A stretch of 64,000 bases of DNA from Candidatus Omnitrophota bacterium (GCA_047639455.1 JBLINS010000001.1:179-64178), one strand, 5' to 3'; shown: positions 29,046 through 39,730, numbered from the stretch's first letter. The notes: generated by a model not told the origin, from the sequence alone. A program made the numbers and translations.

Positions 29046-30446
29046 ATGGCTGATGAAGTAAAAGATCATTGTGGTGTATTTGCAATTCATGGAGATGACG
29101 AAGCGGCGTATACGGCTTATTTGGGTTTGTATGCCTTGCAGCATCGAGGTGAGGAATCTTGCGGGATAGTCACATCTAACGGTAAAAAATTTATATCCCA
29201 TAAAGGTATGGGCCATGTTCAAGATGTATTTGTTCCTAAGGTGCTTAAGGGATTTAGTGGTCATTCAGCTATTGGTCATGTTAGGTATTCAACAACGGGT
29301 TCAAGTAATATTAAAAACGCACAACCTTTGCATGTAGATTATTCCAAAGGTGAAGTCGCTATAGCCCATAATGGGAATTTGACCAATGCTGATCTATTAA
29401 GATCTACATTAGAGGCTTATGGCGCTATATTCCAAACGACAACGGATAGTGAAATTATCATTCATTTAATGGCTAAGCCTGCGCTAAATTCTATTCGCGA
29501 AGGCATAGTGGATGCACTCAAACGCATTGAAGGTGCTTATAGCCTAGTTTTTTTAACACATGATTATATTGCTGCAGCGCGAGATCCACAGGGATTTAGG
29601 CCTTTATGGATTGGTAAGACACCTGCTGGTGCTTGGGTGTTTGCCTCAGAGACATGTGCATTGGATTTGATTGATGCAGAACTTATTCGAGAAGTTGAGC
29701 CGGGCGAATTAGTTATTGCTAATAAAGATGGGCTTATTTCTGAAAAGATTAATACAGGTAAACAACACGCGCATTGCATTTTTGAACACGTGTATTTTTC
29801 ACGTCCAGATTCGGTGATTTTTGATGAGAGCGTTCATGCGGTTCGAAAAAAATTCGGTCAGCAATTAGCTAGAGAACACGCAGTCGATGCCGACGTTGTT
29901 ATCGCTGTACCTGATTCAGGCAATTCCGCCGCATTGGGTTATTCTCAAGAATCTGGCATTCCATTAGAGATTGGCATTATACGCAATCACTATGTAGGTA
30001 GAACTTTTATTCAACCTGAGCAACAACAACGTAATTTTAAGGTCAAAATAAAGTTTAATTTACTAAAGGATGTTTTGAAGGGTAAGCGCGTGGTTGTTGT
30101 AGATGACTCCATTGTCCGAGGCACGACGTCTAAATTAAGAATTAAGACTTTGCGAGAAGCAGGTGCTAAAGAAGTGCATTTGCGCATTAGCTGTCCGCCG
30201 CACAAATTTCCTTGTGCTTATGGAATTGATTTTCCGACGGCTAGCGAATTACTTGCCTCCACAAAAACGCTTGATGAAATTAGAGATTATTTGGAATGCG
30301 ATACATTGGGCTATTTGTCGCTCGACGGGATGTTGGACAGTGTTAAAAAAGATAAATCAGAGTACTGCACAGCTTGCTGGTCGGGCCAATACCCATTGGC
30401 ATTCGATGCTCCTAATAAATATTTTGCAGAAAATATAACGAATTAA
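29046..30446 (+). CDS. purF: Amidophosphoribosyltransferase
   Basis: CGVF, LQHRG, GHVRYST, VDDSIVRGTT. Confidence 0.96.
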   Translation: MADEVKDHCGVFAIHGDDEAAYTAYLGLYALQHRGEESCGIVTSNGKKFISHKGMGHVQDVFVPKVLKGFSGHSAIGHVRYSTTGSSNIKNAQPLHVDYSKGEVAIAHNGNLTNADLLRSTLEAYGAIFQTTTDSEIIIHLMAKPALNSIREGIVDALKRIEGAYSLVFLTHDYIAAARDPQGFRPLWIGKTPAGAWVFASETCALDLIDAELIREVEPGELVIANKDGLISEKINTGKQHAHCIFEHVYFSRPDSVIFDESVHAVRKKFGQQLAREHAVDADVVIAVPDSGNSAALGYSQESGIPLEIGIIRNHYVGRTFIQPEQQQRNFKVKIKFNLLKDVLKGKRVVVVDDSIVRGTTSKLRIKTLREAGAKEVHLRISCPPHKFPCAYGIDFPTASELLASTKTLDEIRDYLECDTLGYLSLDGMLDSVKKDKSEYCTACWSGQYPLAFDAPNKYFAENITN

Positions 30447-30459
30447 TTCAAAGGTAATT

Positions 30460-31455
30460 ATGGCTAAACTCACTTATAAGAAAAGCGGCGTTGATATTGA
30501 TAAAGCTAATAGCTTCATCGAACAAGTTAAACCCATGATTAAAAAAACCCAAAGAGAAGAAGTTATGGGTGGGGTTGGCGGTTTTGGCGCTTTGTTTAAG
30601 CTACCTCTTGGCAAATACAAAAACCCAGTCTTAGTTAGTGCAACAGATGGCGTTGGCACAAAGCTTAAGTGCGGCAAATTAGCCAAAAAATATGAAATGT
30701 TGGGCATTGATCTCGTGGCCATGAATGTGAATGATATTGTTACGTGCGGCGCCGAACCCTTATTCTTTTTAGATTATTTTGCCGTCGGCAAAATTGAAAT
30801 CGATTATATGAAAGATGTTATGAAGGGTATTACGGGCGCTTGTAAGGAGTCTGGGTGTGCGTTAATTGGCGGCGAGACTGCTGAGATGCCCGGCCTTTAT
30901 CGTACTGGTGATTTTGATTTGGCTGGATTCTGCGTTGGCATTGTCGAAGAGGACAAGCGCATTGACGGGTCTAAGGTTCAAGAAGGGGACGTCATTATTG
31001 GTTTGGCTTCAACCGGATTTCATTCCAATGGATTCTCTTTTGTGCGCAAAGCTTTGACTAATCAATTTATTATGGAACATGCAGATGAGATTTTGAGGCC
31101 CACGCAATTATATGTCAAAGTTGCTTTGGAATTAATGAAAAAAGTTGATGTGCGTGCCATGGCGCATATTACGGGTGGTGGATTCTATGAGAATATCCCG
31201 CGCGTTTTACCTAAAGGGTTGGGTGCTATATTGCATGCCGAAAGTTGGAAGATTCCATCTGTATTTCAATGGGTATCAGAAAAAGCTAAAGTGAGCTTCA
31301 AAGAAATGTACCGGACTTTTAATATGGGTATTGGCTATGTTGTTGTGGTTCCACAGGCAGATGCACACAAGGCGTTAAAAACTATTAGTCGCATGGATAT
31401 CGATGCTTGGGTTATTGGCGAAATCAATAAGGGTGACGGAGTTGTGATTCAGTGA
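30460..31455 (+). CDS. purM: AIR synthetase
   Basis: SGVDI, TDGVGTK, GGETAEMP, HSNG, HITGGG. Confidence 0.96.
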   Translation: MAKLTYKKSGVDIDKANSFIEQVKPMIKKTQREEVMGGVGGFGALFKLPLGKYKNPVLVSATDGVGTKLKCGKLAKKYEMLGIDLVAMNVNDIVTCGAEPLFFLDYFAVGKIEIDYMKDVMKGITGACKESGCALIGGETAEMPGLYRTGDFDLAGFCVGIVEEDKRIDGSKVQEGDVIIGLASTGFHSNGFSFVRKALTNQFIMEHADEILRPTQLYVKVALELMKKVDVRAMAHITGGGFYENIPRVLPKGLGAILHAESWKIPSVFQWVSEKAKVSFKEMYRTFNMGIGYVVVVPQADAHKALKTISRMDIDAWVIGEINKGDGVVIQ

Positions 31456-32720
31456 AAGTCTTAATTGTTGGCCAAGGCGGCAGGGAGCATGTTTTGGCAG
31501 CAAAGGCCGCTCAAAGCCGCGGTGTTGAACAGGTTTATTGCGCACCTGGAAATGCGGGTATGTCTGAAATTGCTGAGTGCGTTCATGTCGAGGGCAATCA
31601 AGCTTTATTAGACTTCGCTAAAACACAAAAAATTGACTTAACCATTATTGGTCCCGAAGCACCATTAGTTGATGGCATTGTTGATTTATTTAAAGAAGCT
31701 GGACTATGTGTTTTTGGCCCTAATAAATACGCCAGTCAATTAGAAGGCTCAAAAATATTTTCAAAAGAAATTATGCAGGCTTTAAATATACCGACAGCAG
31801 AATATGCGCAATTTAGTGAAATTGAGACCGCAATTAAGCATTTGGATACAATTTCTTTTCCGTCAGTGATTAAAGCGGATGGATTAGCCGCAGGCAAAGG
31901 CGTGACTATCGCGCAAAATAAAGCTGAGGCCGAGGCGGCTATTACTTCAGCTATGCAGGATAAGACCTTTGGATCAGCTGGCGATAATATTATTATTGAA
32001 GAGTTTCTTGAAGGTGAAGAAGCTTCGTTGATTGCTATCGCTGATGGCGAAACTGTCAAATTGCTAGCATCGAGCCAAGATCACAAACGCATATTTGATG
32101 GTGATGAAGGGCCTAATACTGGCGGAATGGGAGCTTATTCACCCGCACCCATAGTGACTGAATCTATTAGCCGTGAAGCGGAAGAAAAAGTGTTTAAGCC
32201 TATTATTGCCGAAATGAAAAGATTGGGTCATCCCTTTATTGGTTTTTTATATGCTGGCATTATGGTCACGGATAAGGGTATGCGTGTTTTGGAATTCAAT
32301 GTACGTTTTGGCGATCCAGAAGCGCAAGTTGTTTTGGAGCGCTTGGATTCTGACCTCATTGAATTGATTCTTGCTTGTACGAATGTTGAATTGAGTCAAT
32401 TTGATATAGCTTGGAAGCCAGAATCTGCAGTCACAGTTGTTTTGGCATCAGCTGGTTATCCAGCTTCTTCCACAAAGGGCGCTGTCATTGAAGGCATAAG
32501 TAAAATCAAGGATTTGGAAAATACGGCTATTTATCATGCGGGCACTCGCAAGAATGGCGATGCTGTAGAGACAGATGGTGGGCGTGTATTGAGCATTGTT
32601 GGTACTGGTTCAGACATTGAAGAGGCTGTGAAGCGAGTCTATGTGGGCGTTGACCAAATCAAATTTGAAGGTATGCAATTTAGGCGAGATATTGCTCACC
32701 GAGCATTATCGCGCGTATAA
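31452..32720 (+). CDS. purD: Phosphoribosylamine-glycine ligase
   Basis: GGREH, GLAAGKGV, PNTGGMGAY, RFGDPE. Confidence 0.96.
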   Translation: MKVLIVGQGGREHVLAAKAAQSRGVEQVYCAPGNAGMSEIAECVHVEGNQALLDFAKTQKIDLTIIGPEAPLVDGIVDLFKEAGLCVFGPNKYASQLEGSKIFSKEIMQALNIPTAEYAQFSEIETAIKHLDTISFPSVIKADGLAAGKGVTIAQNKAEAEAAITSAMQDKTFGSAGDNIIIEEFLEGEEASLIAIADGETVKLLASSQDHKRIFDGDEGPNTGGMGAYSPAPIVTESISREAEEKVFKPIIAEMKRLGHPFIGFLYAGIMVTDKGMRVLEFNVRFGDPEAQVVLERLDSDLIELILACTNVELSQFDIAWKPESAVTVVLASAGYPASSTKGAVIEGISKIKDLENTAIYHAGTRKNGDAVETDGGRVLSIVGTGSDIEEAVKRVYVGVDQIKFEGMQFRRDIAHRALSRV

Positions 32721-32737
32721 TTTAAGAGGGAATTCAT

Positions 32738-33232
32738 ATGACAAACAATAATATTCGTGTAGGCATTATTATGGGTAGCACATCGGACGAAGAGCAAATG
32801 AAGCCTTGCGGTCAAGTTCTTAGAGATTTTGATATTGCTTTTGAAGCCAGGGTGTTATCTGCGCATCGTACGCCAGATGAAACGGTTGAATTTGTCTCTA
32901 CAGCTAAAGCGCGCGGTATTCAGGTGATTATTGCAGCCGCTGGAGGAGCCGCTCATTTAGCGGGTGTTGCTGCAGCACATACCGATTTGCCCGTAATTGG
33001 CATACCTATTGAATCAAAAAGCTTAAAGGGCATGGACTCCCTTTTGTCTACAGTTCAAATGCCTCCTGGCATACCTGTTGCCTGTGTTGCCATTGGGACT
33101 ATGGGATCGAAGAATGCCGCTCACTTAGCCATTCGCATTATGGCTTTGGGCGATGAGGTACTCACAGCCAAACTCAAAACATTCAAAGAAAAAATGCGCA
33201 CAGATATTTTGTCGTCTACGGTTAATCTATGA
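32738..33232 (+). CDS. purE: N5-CAIR mutase / AIR carboxylase
   Basis: MGSTSD, SAHRTP, AAHL, QMPPG.PVA. Confidence 0.95.
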   Translation: MTNNNIRVGIIMGSTSDEEQMKPCGQVLRDFDIAFEARVLSAHRTPDETVEFVSTAKARGIQVIIAAAGGAAHLAGVAAAHTDLPVIGIPIESKSLKGMDSLLSTVQMPPGIPVACVAIGTMGSKNAAHLAIRIMALGDEVLTAKLKTFKEKMRTDILSSTVNL

Positions 33233-33729
33233 GTAGTGAATTAGCCCACCCAATCAAAGCAATACTTTTTGTTTGTACTGGTAATAGCTGTCGCAGTGTT
33301 ATGGCTGAACAATTAGCTGCTAAATTAATTCGAGATGCGGATTATCCAATTGAGGTTGATTCAGCTGGGACTATGCGTGGAGGTGGCTTAACTGCTAGTC
33401 CTGAAACTCGCGTGGTTTTGAGACGCGACGATATAGACGCTAGCGAACATCTTTCCAAGCCTTTATCTCAAGACTTATTGGATAAAGCGGACTTGGTATG
33501 TGTAATGACCAAAGGTCATTACCAAATCATTGCTGATAGTTTTCCTGAAGCAGTGATAAAAACACGTATTCTTGCTGAATTTTATGAGGGTGAATACGCA
33601 TCTCAAATGGGCGATGGTATTCCTGATCCTATTGGCATGGGGCAAGTGTTTTATGATCGCGTTTATGGTGTAATTCAAAATTCCTTAAAAAATATGTTTC
33701 AGTCTATAGAAGCTGGAGCTCAGAAATGA
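33229..33729 (+). CDS. Low-molecular-weight phosphatase (YwlE/PtpA-like)
   Basis: FVCTGNSCRS, DSAG, IPDP. Confidence 0.9.
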   Translation: MSSELAHPIKAILFVCTGNSCRSVMAEQLAAKLIRDADYPIEVDSAGTMRGGGLTASPETRVVLRRDDIDASEHLSKPLSQDLLDKADLVCVMTKGHYQIIADSFPEAVIKTRILAEFYEGEYASQMGDGIPDPIGMGQVFYDRVYGVIQNSLKNMFQSIEAGAQK

Positions 33730-34166
33730 AGATAGCGATTGGTGCTGATCATAGGGGTTATCAAGTCAAAAATAGCATTGGCGACTACCTAAAGAAAGAA
33801 CAATATGTAGTCATTGATTGCGGTACGAATTCTGATGAGTCTTGTGATTACCCTGGAATTGCTTACGCTGTTGCTAAAGCAGTGCAAACTAAAGAAGCAG
33901 ATTATGGCATTTTAATTTGTAATAGCGGCATTGGAATGGCTATTGTTGCTAATAAAGTCAGCGGAATTCGGGCTGCATTATGCCACAATGAAAATAGTGC
34001 AACTCTATCGAAACAACATAATAATGCTAATGTATTGGTTTTGGCTGCTGGAGAAATAAGTAGCGGCATGAACGATATTATAAAGACCTGGTTGAATACG
34101 AAGTTTGAGGGTGGGCGTCACGAAAGACGCGTAAACCAAATCACTGATATTGAAACACGTGTGTAA
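33726..34166 (+). CDS. rpiB: Ribose-5-phosphate isomerase B
   Basis: GADHRG, CNSGIG, ANK, HNNAN, FEGGRH. Confidence 0.95.
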   Translation: MKIAIGADHRGYQVKNSIGDYLKKEQYVVIDCGTNSDESCDYPGIAYAVAKAVQTKEADYGILICNSGIGMAIVANKVSGIRAALCHNENSATLSKQHNNANVLVLAAGEISSGMNDIIKTWLNTKFEGGRHERRVNQITDIETRV

Positions 34167-34178
34167 AAGGGAGCCGAA

Positions 34179-35453
34179 GTGGAAAGTTTAAAGTCACAAG
34201 ATCCAGATATTTTTGATGCTATTAGCAAAGAAGCTAGGCGTCAGCACGATAATATTGAACTCATTGCGAGTGAGAATTTTACTAGCCCCGCTGTTATGGA
34301 ATGTTGCGGCACCGTTTTGACTAATAAATACGCTGAAGGTTACCCTGGTAAGAGATGGTATGGCGGTTGCCAACACGTAGATATAATTGAAGACTTGGCT
34401 ATTAAGCGCGCTAAGGATTTGTTTGGAGCTGAGCATGCTAATGTGCAACCACATTCAGGCTCGCAGGCTAATATGGCGGCATATTTTGCCTTAATTAAGC
34501 CGGGTGACACTGTTATGGCTATGAATTTGGCTCATGGCGGTCATTTGACGCATGGGCATCCGATGAATTTTAGCGGGAATTTATTTAATATTATTCCTTA
34601 TGGAGTTAGTGAAGCGGATGAGTACATTGATTATGATGCTTTGGAAAAACTAGCTCTCGAACATAAGCCGCATTTATTATTAGCGGGTGCTTCAGCGTAT
34701 TCTCGAACAATTGACTTCAAACGCTTTAGAGCAATAGCTGATAAGGTGGGTGCCAAACTAATGGTCGATATGGCCCACATAGCTGGCTTAGTTGCCACTG
34801 GCTTACATCCTAGCCCGATACCATATTCTGATATAGTCACGACAACAACGCATAAAACTTTGCGTGGTCCAAGAGGTGGTTTAATTCTATGCAAAGCGGA
34901 ACACGCTAAGGCTGTTGATGCTCAAGTTTTTCCAGGCGGTCAAGGCGGACCATTAATGCATATTATTGCTGGCAAAGCTGTGGCGCTTAAAGAAGCGGCG
35001 ACTGAAGAATTCAAAGATTATCAAAAACAAGTTATTCAAAATGCTCAAGTAATGGCAAAAGTATTGTCAGATAAAGGTTTTAGAATTATTTCTGGTGGCA
35101 CTGATAATCATCTATTCATGGTTGATGTCACCATTAAGGGTCTGACAGGTAAAGCCGCGGCCAATATTTTGGACGAAGCTCGTATAACGGTTAATAAAAA
35201 TACCATTCCATTTGATAAAAACTCTCCCTTTGTGGCTTCTGGCATTCGTATCGGAACCCCTGCAATCACGACGCGTGGTATGAAAATTGAAGAGATGAAG
35301 CTGATTGGCGAATTGATTGCGCGAGTTTTGACAAGTGGTGAGGATGAGTCTGAAATAAAGGCCGTATCTAATGAAGTTGGTCAATTGACCGAAAAATTCC
35401 CCTTATACTCCGAGCTTTGGGAAAAATATGCTATCGCAAAGACTAATTGCTAA
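34179..35453 (+). CDS. glyA: Serine hydroxymethyltransferase
   Basis: [26 protein letters not shown]. Confidence 0.97.
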   Translation: MESLKSQDPDIFDAISKEARRQHDNIELIASENFTSPAVMECCGTVLTNKYAEGYPGKRWYGGCQHVDIIEDLAIKRAKDLFGAEHANVQPHSGSQANMAAYFALIKPGDTVMAMNLAHGGHLTHGHPMNFSGNLFNIIPYGVSEADEYIDYDALEKLALEHKPHLLLAGASAYSRTIDFKRFRAIADKVGAKLMVDMAHIAGLVATGLHPSPIPYSDIVTTTTHKTLRGPRGGLILCKAEHAKAVDAQVFPGGQGGPLMHIIAGKAVALKEAATEEFKDYQKQVIQNAQVMAKVLSDKGFRIISGGTDNHLFMVDVTIKGLTGKAAANILDEARITVNKNTIPFDKNSPFVASGIRIGTPAITTRGMKIEEMKLIGELIARVLTSGEDESEIKAVSNEVGQLTEKFPLYSELWEKYAIAKTNC

Positions 35454-35465
35454 GGAAGTATTGAT

Positions 35466-35921
35466 ATGAAGTGTCCATTTTGCGCATGTTTAAAAGATAA
35501 AGTCATTGATTCTAGATCTGCTAACGAAAATCGTTCGGTTAGGCGCAGACGTGAGTGCCTCAAATGTCATAAACGCTTCACGACTTATGAATCTATCGAA
35601 GAAATTTCAATTATGGTCGTTAAGCGTGATGGTCGCAGAGAAGTTTTTGATAAACAAAAAATTATTGGCGGTATCTTAAAATCTTGCGAAAAGCGCGCCG
35701 TTAGCATCCAACAGGTAGATGAATTAGTTGATCGTGTTGAGCGTGAATTACACGAAAACTTTGAAAAAGAAGTGCCTGTACAACAAGTTGGCGAATTGGT
35801 CATGCGTTTTTTACATGATTTGGACGAAGTTGCATATGTGCGCTTTGCCTCAGTTTACCGCTCCTTCAAGGATATTAATCAATTCATGGGTGAACTAAAA
35901 GACCTATTGAGTAAACCCTAG
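35466..35921 (+). CDS. nrdR: Transcriptional repressor NrdR
   Basis: CPFC, RRRREC..C, RFTTYE, VAYVRFASVY. Confidence 0.96.
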   Translation: MKCPFCACLKDKVIDSRSANENRSVRRRRECLKCHKRFTTYESIEEISIMVVKRDGRREVFDKQKIIGGILKSCEKRAVSIQQVDELVDRVERELHENFEKEVPVQQVGELVMRFLHDLDEVAYVRFASVYRSFKDINQFMGELKDLLSKP

Positions 35922-35949
35922 ATTCTTAGAAGCCATTGACTGTGATGCT

Positions 35950-37560
35950 GTGAGCTTCAAAATAAGCAAGCATTCCATTGCACCATCAAACAGTTCGTCC
36001 TGGACTGTTTTAGACACAGTGCTTTCAGGATTACTTTTCGCACTAGCACTTTATTTGTATTTTGTTCAATTGAATAGCCCTATGGTTTGGGAGTCTGATG
36101 AAACCAAGGCCTATTTAAACTTCTTTCCTCCTACACCTGGCCTATATATGTTTTCTAGAGACGCTATTATTCTCTTCAAGTCGTTCACGGCACCATATTA
36201 TGTGAATGCTTTTTTTGGTTTATTTAGCTCAATGCTTATTTTTGGCATCGTACGCATGTTGTATTCACATAGGTTCGCTATGCTAGTTGCATTGGCTTAT
36301 ATTACTTTAGACCTACCCTTGGCATATGCCCGCATCCTTTTCTATTCGACTCTGGTTACCTTTTTTGCATTATTGGCTATTTGGTTATTTTTAAAAGCCG
36401 AGAAACTGAATAAGCCATGGCTGTATATTCTGGCAGGATTTTGTCAGGGCATGATGCTGATGATGCATCCATCAGCTTATGCAAGTGTTTTAGGTGTTGG
36501 GTTGGGGCTAATGTTTTTAAAATTCAGTCATAACCCCTATGAGTCAACCAATGCTTGGTGGCTGTACCCTATATTAGCTTTTTTAGGTTTTGTTGCAGCG
36601 ATACTTTTGGTTGACCATTGTTTTTTTATGCCCATAGACTCAATGAATCGGTCGTATTTTGTACATATGGGCTATCATCAACAAAATTCTTCTACAGAAC
36701 TTTATGCGGGGGCCATGGGTTGGAATGCTATCAAACATGCTTATAGCGCCTTAATTAATTCAGAATTAAGATCCCCTGAACGACTCATTCGGCATGCCAT
36801 TGTGTATATTGGCATTTTGTCTTCCATATCGTTCGCATGGCGTTCTAAGGATAAAAAGGCACTAGGCTTGATGCTTATATCAATCGCCACACTCGTGATT
36901 ATATTCACGGCGGGATTATTTAATAAGCACACGGTTTTTTTGCGACACTATACAGTCATTGCAATGAGTATTAGCTTTTGTATTGCCTATTCTTTGGCGG
37001 GCTTATTTTCTTCGCGAAGAAATGGTTTGAAAATAGCCGCAGTAATTCTGGCTTTGGTGTATTTTACAATGAGCGGCATAAGTTCTTATAAAATTGCACA
37101 TTCACTACTAAGTTTGGACGATATAGACTCTTATTTGCATGAGCAAAATATTGAAAAAAAAGATATAGTGACTGCTTTTTATACCATCAACCGCCTCCAC
37201 AATTACTTAGAGGGTAGTATATCGACACATACGCCGACAATTAAAAAAGGGCATAATAGCCCACCTGATTGGGAGAAGATTTTTTATTCATATTTGACTG
37301 GGCAACACCATTATTATATTTCATCTGGAATTGGCGGGGAACATATTCGACCCGCTTTAAAGGACGTGATCATAAAATACACCGAACCGCTTCAAACATG
37401 GCGCCATCCTCACGATAACCCTTATTTAACTCGGCAGTCTAAGGATGGGCTAACTATGAGCCTATATCGCATAGAAGATCTGTTGGCAACGTATAAACGT
37501 TTAAAAGTGGCGCTCGATATTCAACAATCCCGATCTATTGCAGGTAAAAATGTTAAATAG
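35950..37560 (+). CDS. GT-C (PMT/ArnT-like) membrane glycosyltransferase
   Basis: WESDE loop after TM1, multiple TMs, soluble C-terminal domain. Confidence 0.7.
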   Translation: MSFKISKHSIAPSNSSSWTVLDTVLSGLLFALALYLYFVQLNSPMVWESDETKAYLNFFPPTPGLYMFSRDAIILFKSFTAPYYVNAFFGLFSSMLIFGIVRMLYSHRFAMLVALAYITLDLPLAYARILFYSTLVTFFALLAIWLFLKAEKLNKPWLYILAGFCQGMMLMMHPSAYASVLGVGLGLMFLKFSHNPYESTNAWWLYPILAFLGFVAAILLVDHCFFMPIDSMNRSYFVHMGYHQQNSSTELYAGAMGWNAIKHAYSALINSELRSPERLIRHAIVYIGILSSISFAWRSKDKKALGLMLISIATLVIIFTAGLFNKHTVFLRHYTVIAMSISFCIAYSLAGLFSSRRNGLKIAAVILALVYFTMSGISSYKIAHSLLSLDDIDSYLHEQNIEKKDIVTAFYTINRLHNYLEGSISTHTPTIKKGHNSPPDWEKIFYSYLTGQHHYYISSGIGGEHIRPALKDVIIKYTEPLQTWRHPHDNPYLTRQSKDGLTMSLYRIEDLLATYKRLKVALDIQQSRSIAGKNVK

Positions 37561-39115
37561 GCAAAATTCCCAAATCTTTGCATTGCGTGTTTGTATATGC
37601 ATCGGATTGATGTGCATGCTCTACTTTAATTTTTACAAATTATCCGGCGTAGTGATAACGCATTCAGATGAGAATAGAGCTTTTCACTTTCAATTATTTG
37701 CACCCCTAATTTATTTTGTCAACAAGCCCTTGATTACATATTTTAATAGTTTTGATGCAGCTTATTATCTTCAGGGTTTTGTGGGCTGCATGAATATTAT
37801 TTTGATTTATGGCGTTGGGCGCAGATACTTTTCGAAGGCCATAGGGCTAATAACTGCATCTTTTTATCTTTTTTATGATTATCAATTAGCTTTTGTCAAA
37901 ATGCTATATTACTCAAATTATATGGTTTTTCTTTGTTTAATCAGCATCTTACTATGCAGAATTGCATTGAATCGAAGATCTTATGTAATAAGCTTCTTAG
38001 CCGGCACACCATTAGCGCTGATGTTTTTTTCTCATCCAGCGGCTTTTGCGCCCATTAGTATGTTGTTTATTTTTATGATTTTGGCTATATACGTCGAGAG
38101 GGATGAGATAGGTTTTAGAGGGATTTGGTTATTGAGCTTATTTGGCTTAGGTGCTTTGAGCGCCTTGGTTAGTCTCGAAGCCTTGAATCTATATTACCAA
38201 ACGTATATTTTAAAAGTGGACGCAATGCCGTATCTTTTAGATATATTTCAATTCAAAACTATCACTCAAGGATTCGAGTCAAAGAACTCAACCCAACAAA
38301 TTATACAATTTGCTAATACCTATGGACGCGCGCTATTTTGGACCTCAGCGTTGGTGACTTTTAGAAATACAATGATTCTATTTTGCTTTGTATTTGCGCT
38401 TGTATCTGCCATATGCAGACGCCAAAGAAATATGTTACTTTTCCTAAGTCTTGCGTTGTCGGGCATTACTGTTTGGATTATGGCTATGTATTTATTAGAC
38501 ATGCCTATATTTAGGAGATCCTTGGTCTGGATGTCTATACCAATATCTTTCTCATTCGCATATACAGTGCAGCGCTTGTGGTGTCTGGGGATAAAAGCGC
38601 TTAAATTGGCCATGCTGATTATTCTAGCGATTTATTTCATGTCAGCCGCATGGCAATGTCATTTGATCACACAAGAATTATGGACCATGCAACCTATAGA
38701 GAAATATTTGGATCAGCGCGGAATTAGTAAAAAGGATATAGTTTCAGATTTTCCGCTATTCAGAAGACAGGATATTACTAATAAAAATATTCCACGTGGA
38801 GTTCCTAAAAAGACTACTACGGTTCAATTGAATGGGGCGGATGAATTAAAATATCATTTGGATTGGCAAAAAATATACGCCATGTATAAATATGGCATGA
38901 TTAGTCATTATTTATCTACTAGCCTTGGGGCTTTGCTTGATTTTTACCATGATGATCCATTATTGAATCGTGTTGAACCTATGATGGAGTGGAAGCATCC
39001 ACATGATACTCCATATATCAATATGCTGGGGCGTCCAGGACAAAAGATAAAGCTATATGACTTAGATGAAGTATTCGCTCCCGTGAATGCTCTAGCAGAT
39101 AAAAAAGCTCAATAA
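37550..39115 (+). CDS. GT-C (PMT/ArnT-like) membrane glycosyltransferase, paralog of the preceding gene
   Basis: HSDE loop; shared KKDIV, DW.KI, W.HPHD.PY motifs. Confidence 0.7.
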   Translation: MLNRQNSQIFALRVCICIGLMCMLYFNFYKLSGVVITHSDENRAFHFQLFAPLIYFVNKPLITYFNSFDAAYYLQGFVGCMNIILIYGVGRRYFSKAIGLITASFYLFYDYQLAFVKMLYYSNYMVFLCLISILLCRIALNRRSYVISFLAGTPLALMFFSHPAAFAPISMLFIFMILAIYVERDEIGFRGIWLLSLFGLGALSALVSLEALNLYYQTYILKVDAMPYLLDIFQFKTITQGFESKNSTQQIIQFANTYGRALFWTSALVTFRNTMILFCFVFALVSAICRRQRNMLLFLSLALSGITVWIMAMYLLDMPIFRRSLVWMSIPISFSFAYTVQRLWCLGIKALKLAMLIILAIYFMSAAWQCHLITQELWTMQPIEKYLDQRGISKKDIVSDFPLFRRQDITNKNIPRGVPKKTTTVQLNGADELKYHLDWQKIYAMYKYGMISHYLSTSLGALLDFYHDDPLLNRVEPMMEWKHPHDTPYINMLGRPGQKIKLYDLDEVFAPVNALADKKAQ

Positions 39116-39121
39116 GAGTCT

Positions 39122-39414
39122 GTGCCCGCATAATCGATATGCCCTCCACAATCTGATTGTTGAAACTAATTTTGTGAACGCAGCTCCTACAGAAATGGCG
39201 TGAACATCAATCTATTAAACAACACGCCATCTCAGTGCGAGCTGTCTTAATCACAAAATACGTCAACAATCAAAATTGTTCCGGATATACCGATTATGCG
39301 GACACTAATTATCAATGTACTAAAACTCCTCAAAAAATATAATTAATGGAAAATAAAATTAAGACAAAAGGATGCGCCTATAGGCAGCGGGTATCCTCAC
39401 CGCCGCAAAGTCTA
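39122..39414. mobile_element. Nested long-hairpin element (MITE-like or ncRNA), copy 1
   Basis: Terminal IR 39122-39140 / 39287-39305, nested stems; homologous to 61972-62288. Confidence 0.6.
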
Positions 39415-39448
39415 AAAGCGGTTAACCCATTAAGAGTTTAGGCTGTTT

Positions 39449-39630
39449 AAAACCTGGCGGTTTTAAAGACGCAGCTTAGACAAGGAATCCTGAAAACCTG
39501 GCGGTTTTAAAGACGCAGCTTAGACAAGGAATCCTGAAAACCTGGCGGTTTTAAAGACGCAGGCTATAACAAGGAATCCTGAAAACCGGGCGGTTTTAAA
39601 GGCACGGGTTTGAAACAGATTACGAAAACC
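39449..39630. repeat. 44-45-bp tandem repeat, about 4 units
   Basis: AAAACCTGGCGGTTTTAAAGACGCAGCTTAGACAAGGAATCCTG at 39449 and 39493, variant at 39537, degenerate at 39582. Confidence 0.9.
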
Positions 39631-39643
39631 CTTGTTCGCCACA

Positions 39644-39684
39644 GTCATCCTGAGCCACCACGTAGTAGGTGGCGTGAGGATCCC
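39644..39684. repeat. CGTC-type repeat
   Basis: GTCATCCTGAGCCACC...GGTGGCGTGAGGATCCC. Confidence 0.75.
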
Positions 39685-39730
39685 ACAGAATGTCTTTAGA
39701 CTATGTTTTTGACAACTTTTTGCATGTTTG

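Noticed and set aside
39449-39630. CRISPR array
   Set aside because: Units are contiguous and identical or degenerate, with no unique spacers, and no cas genes are in the window.
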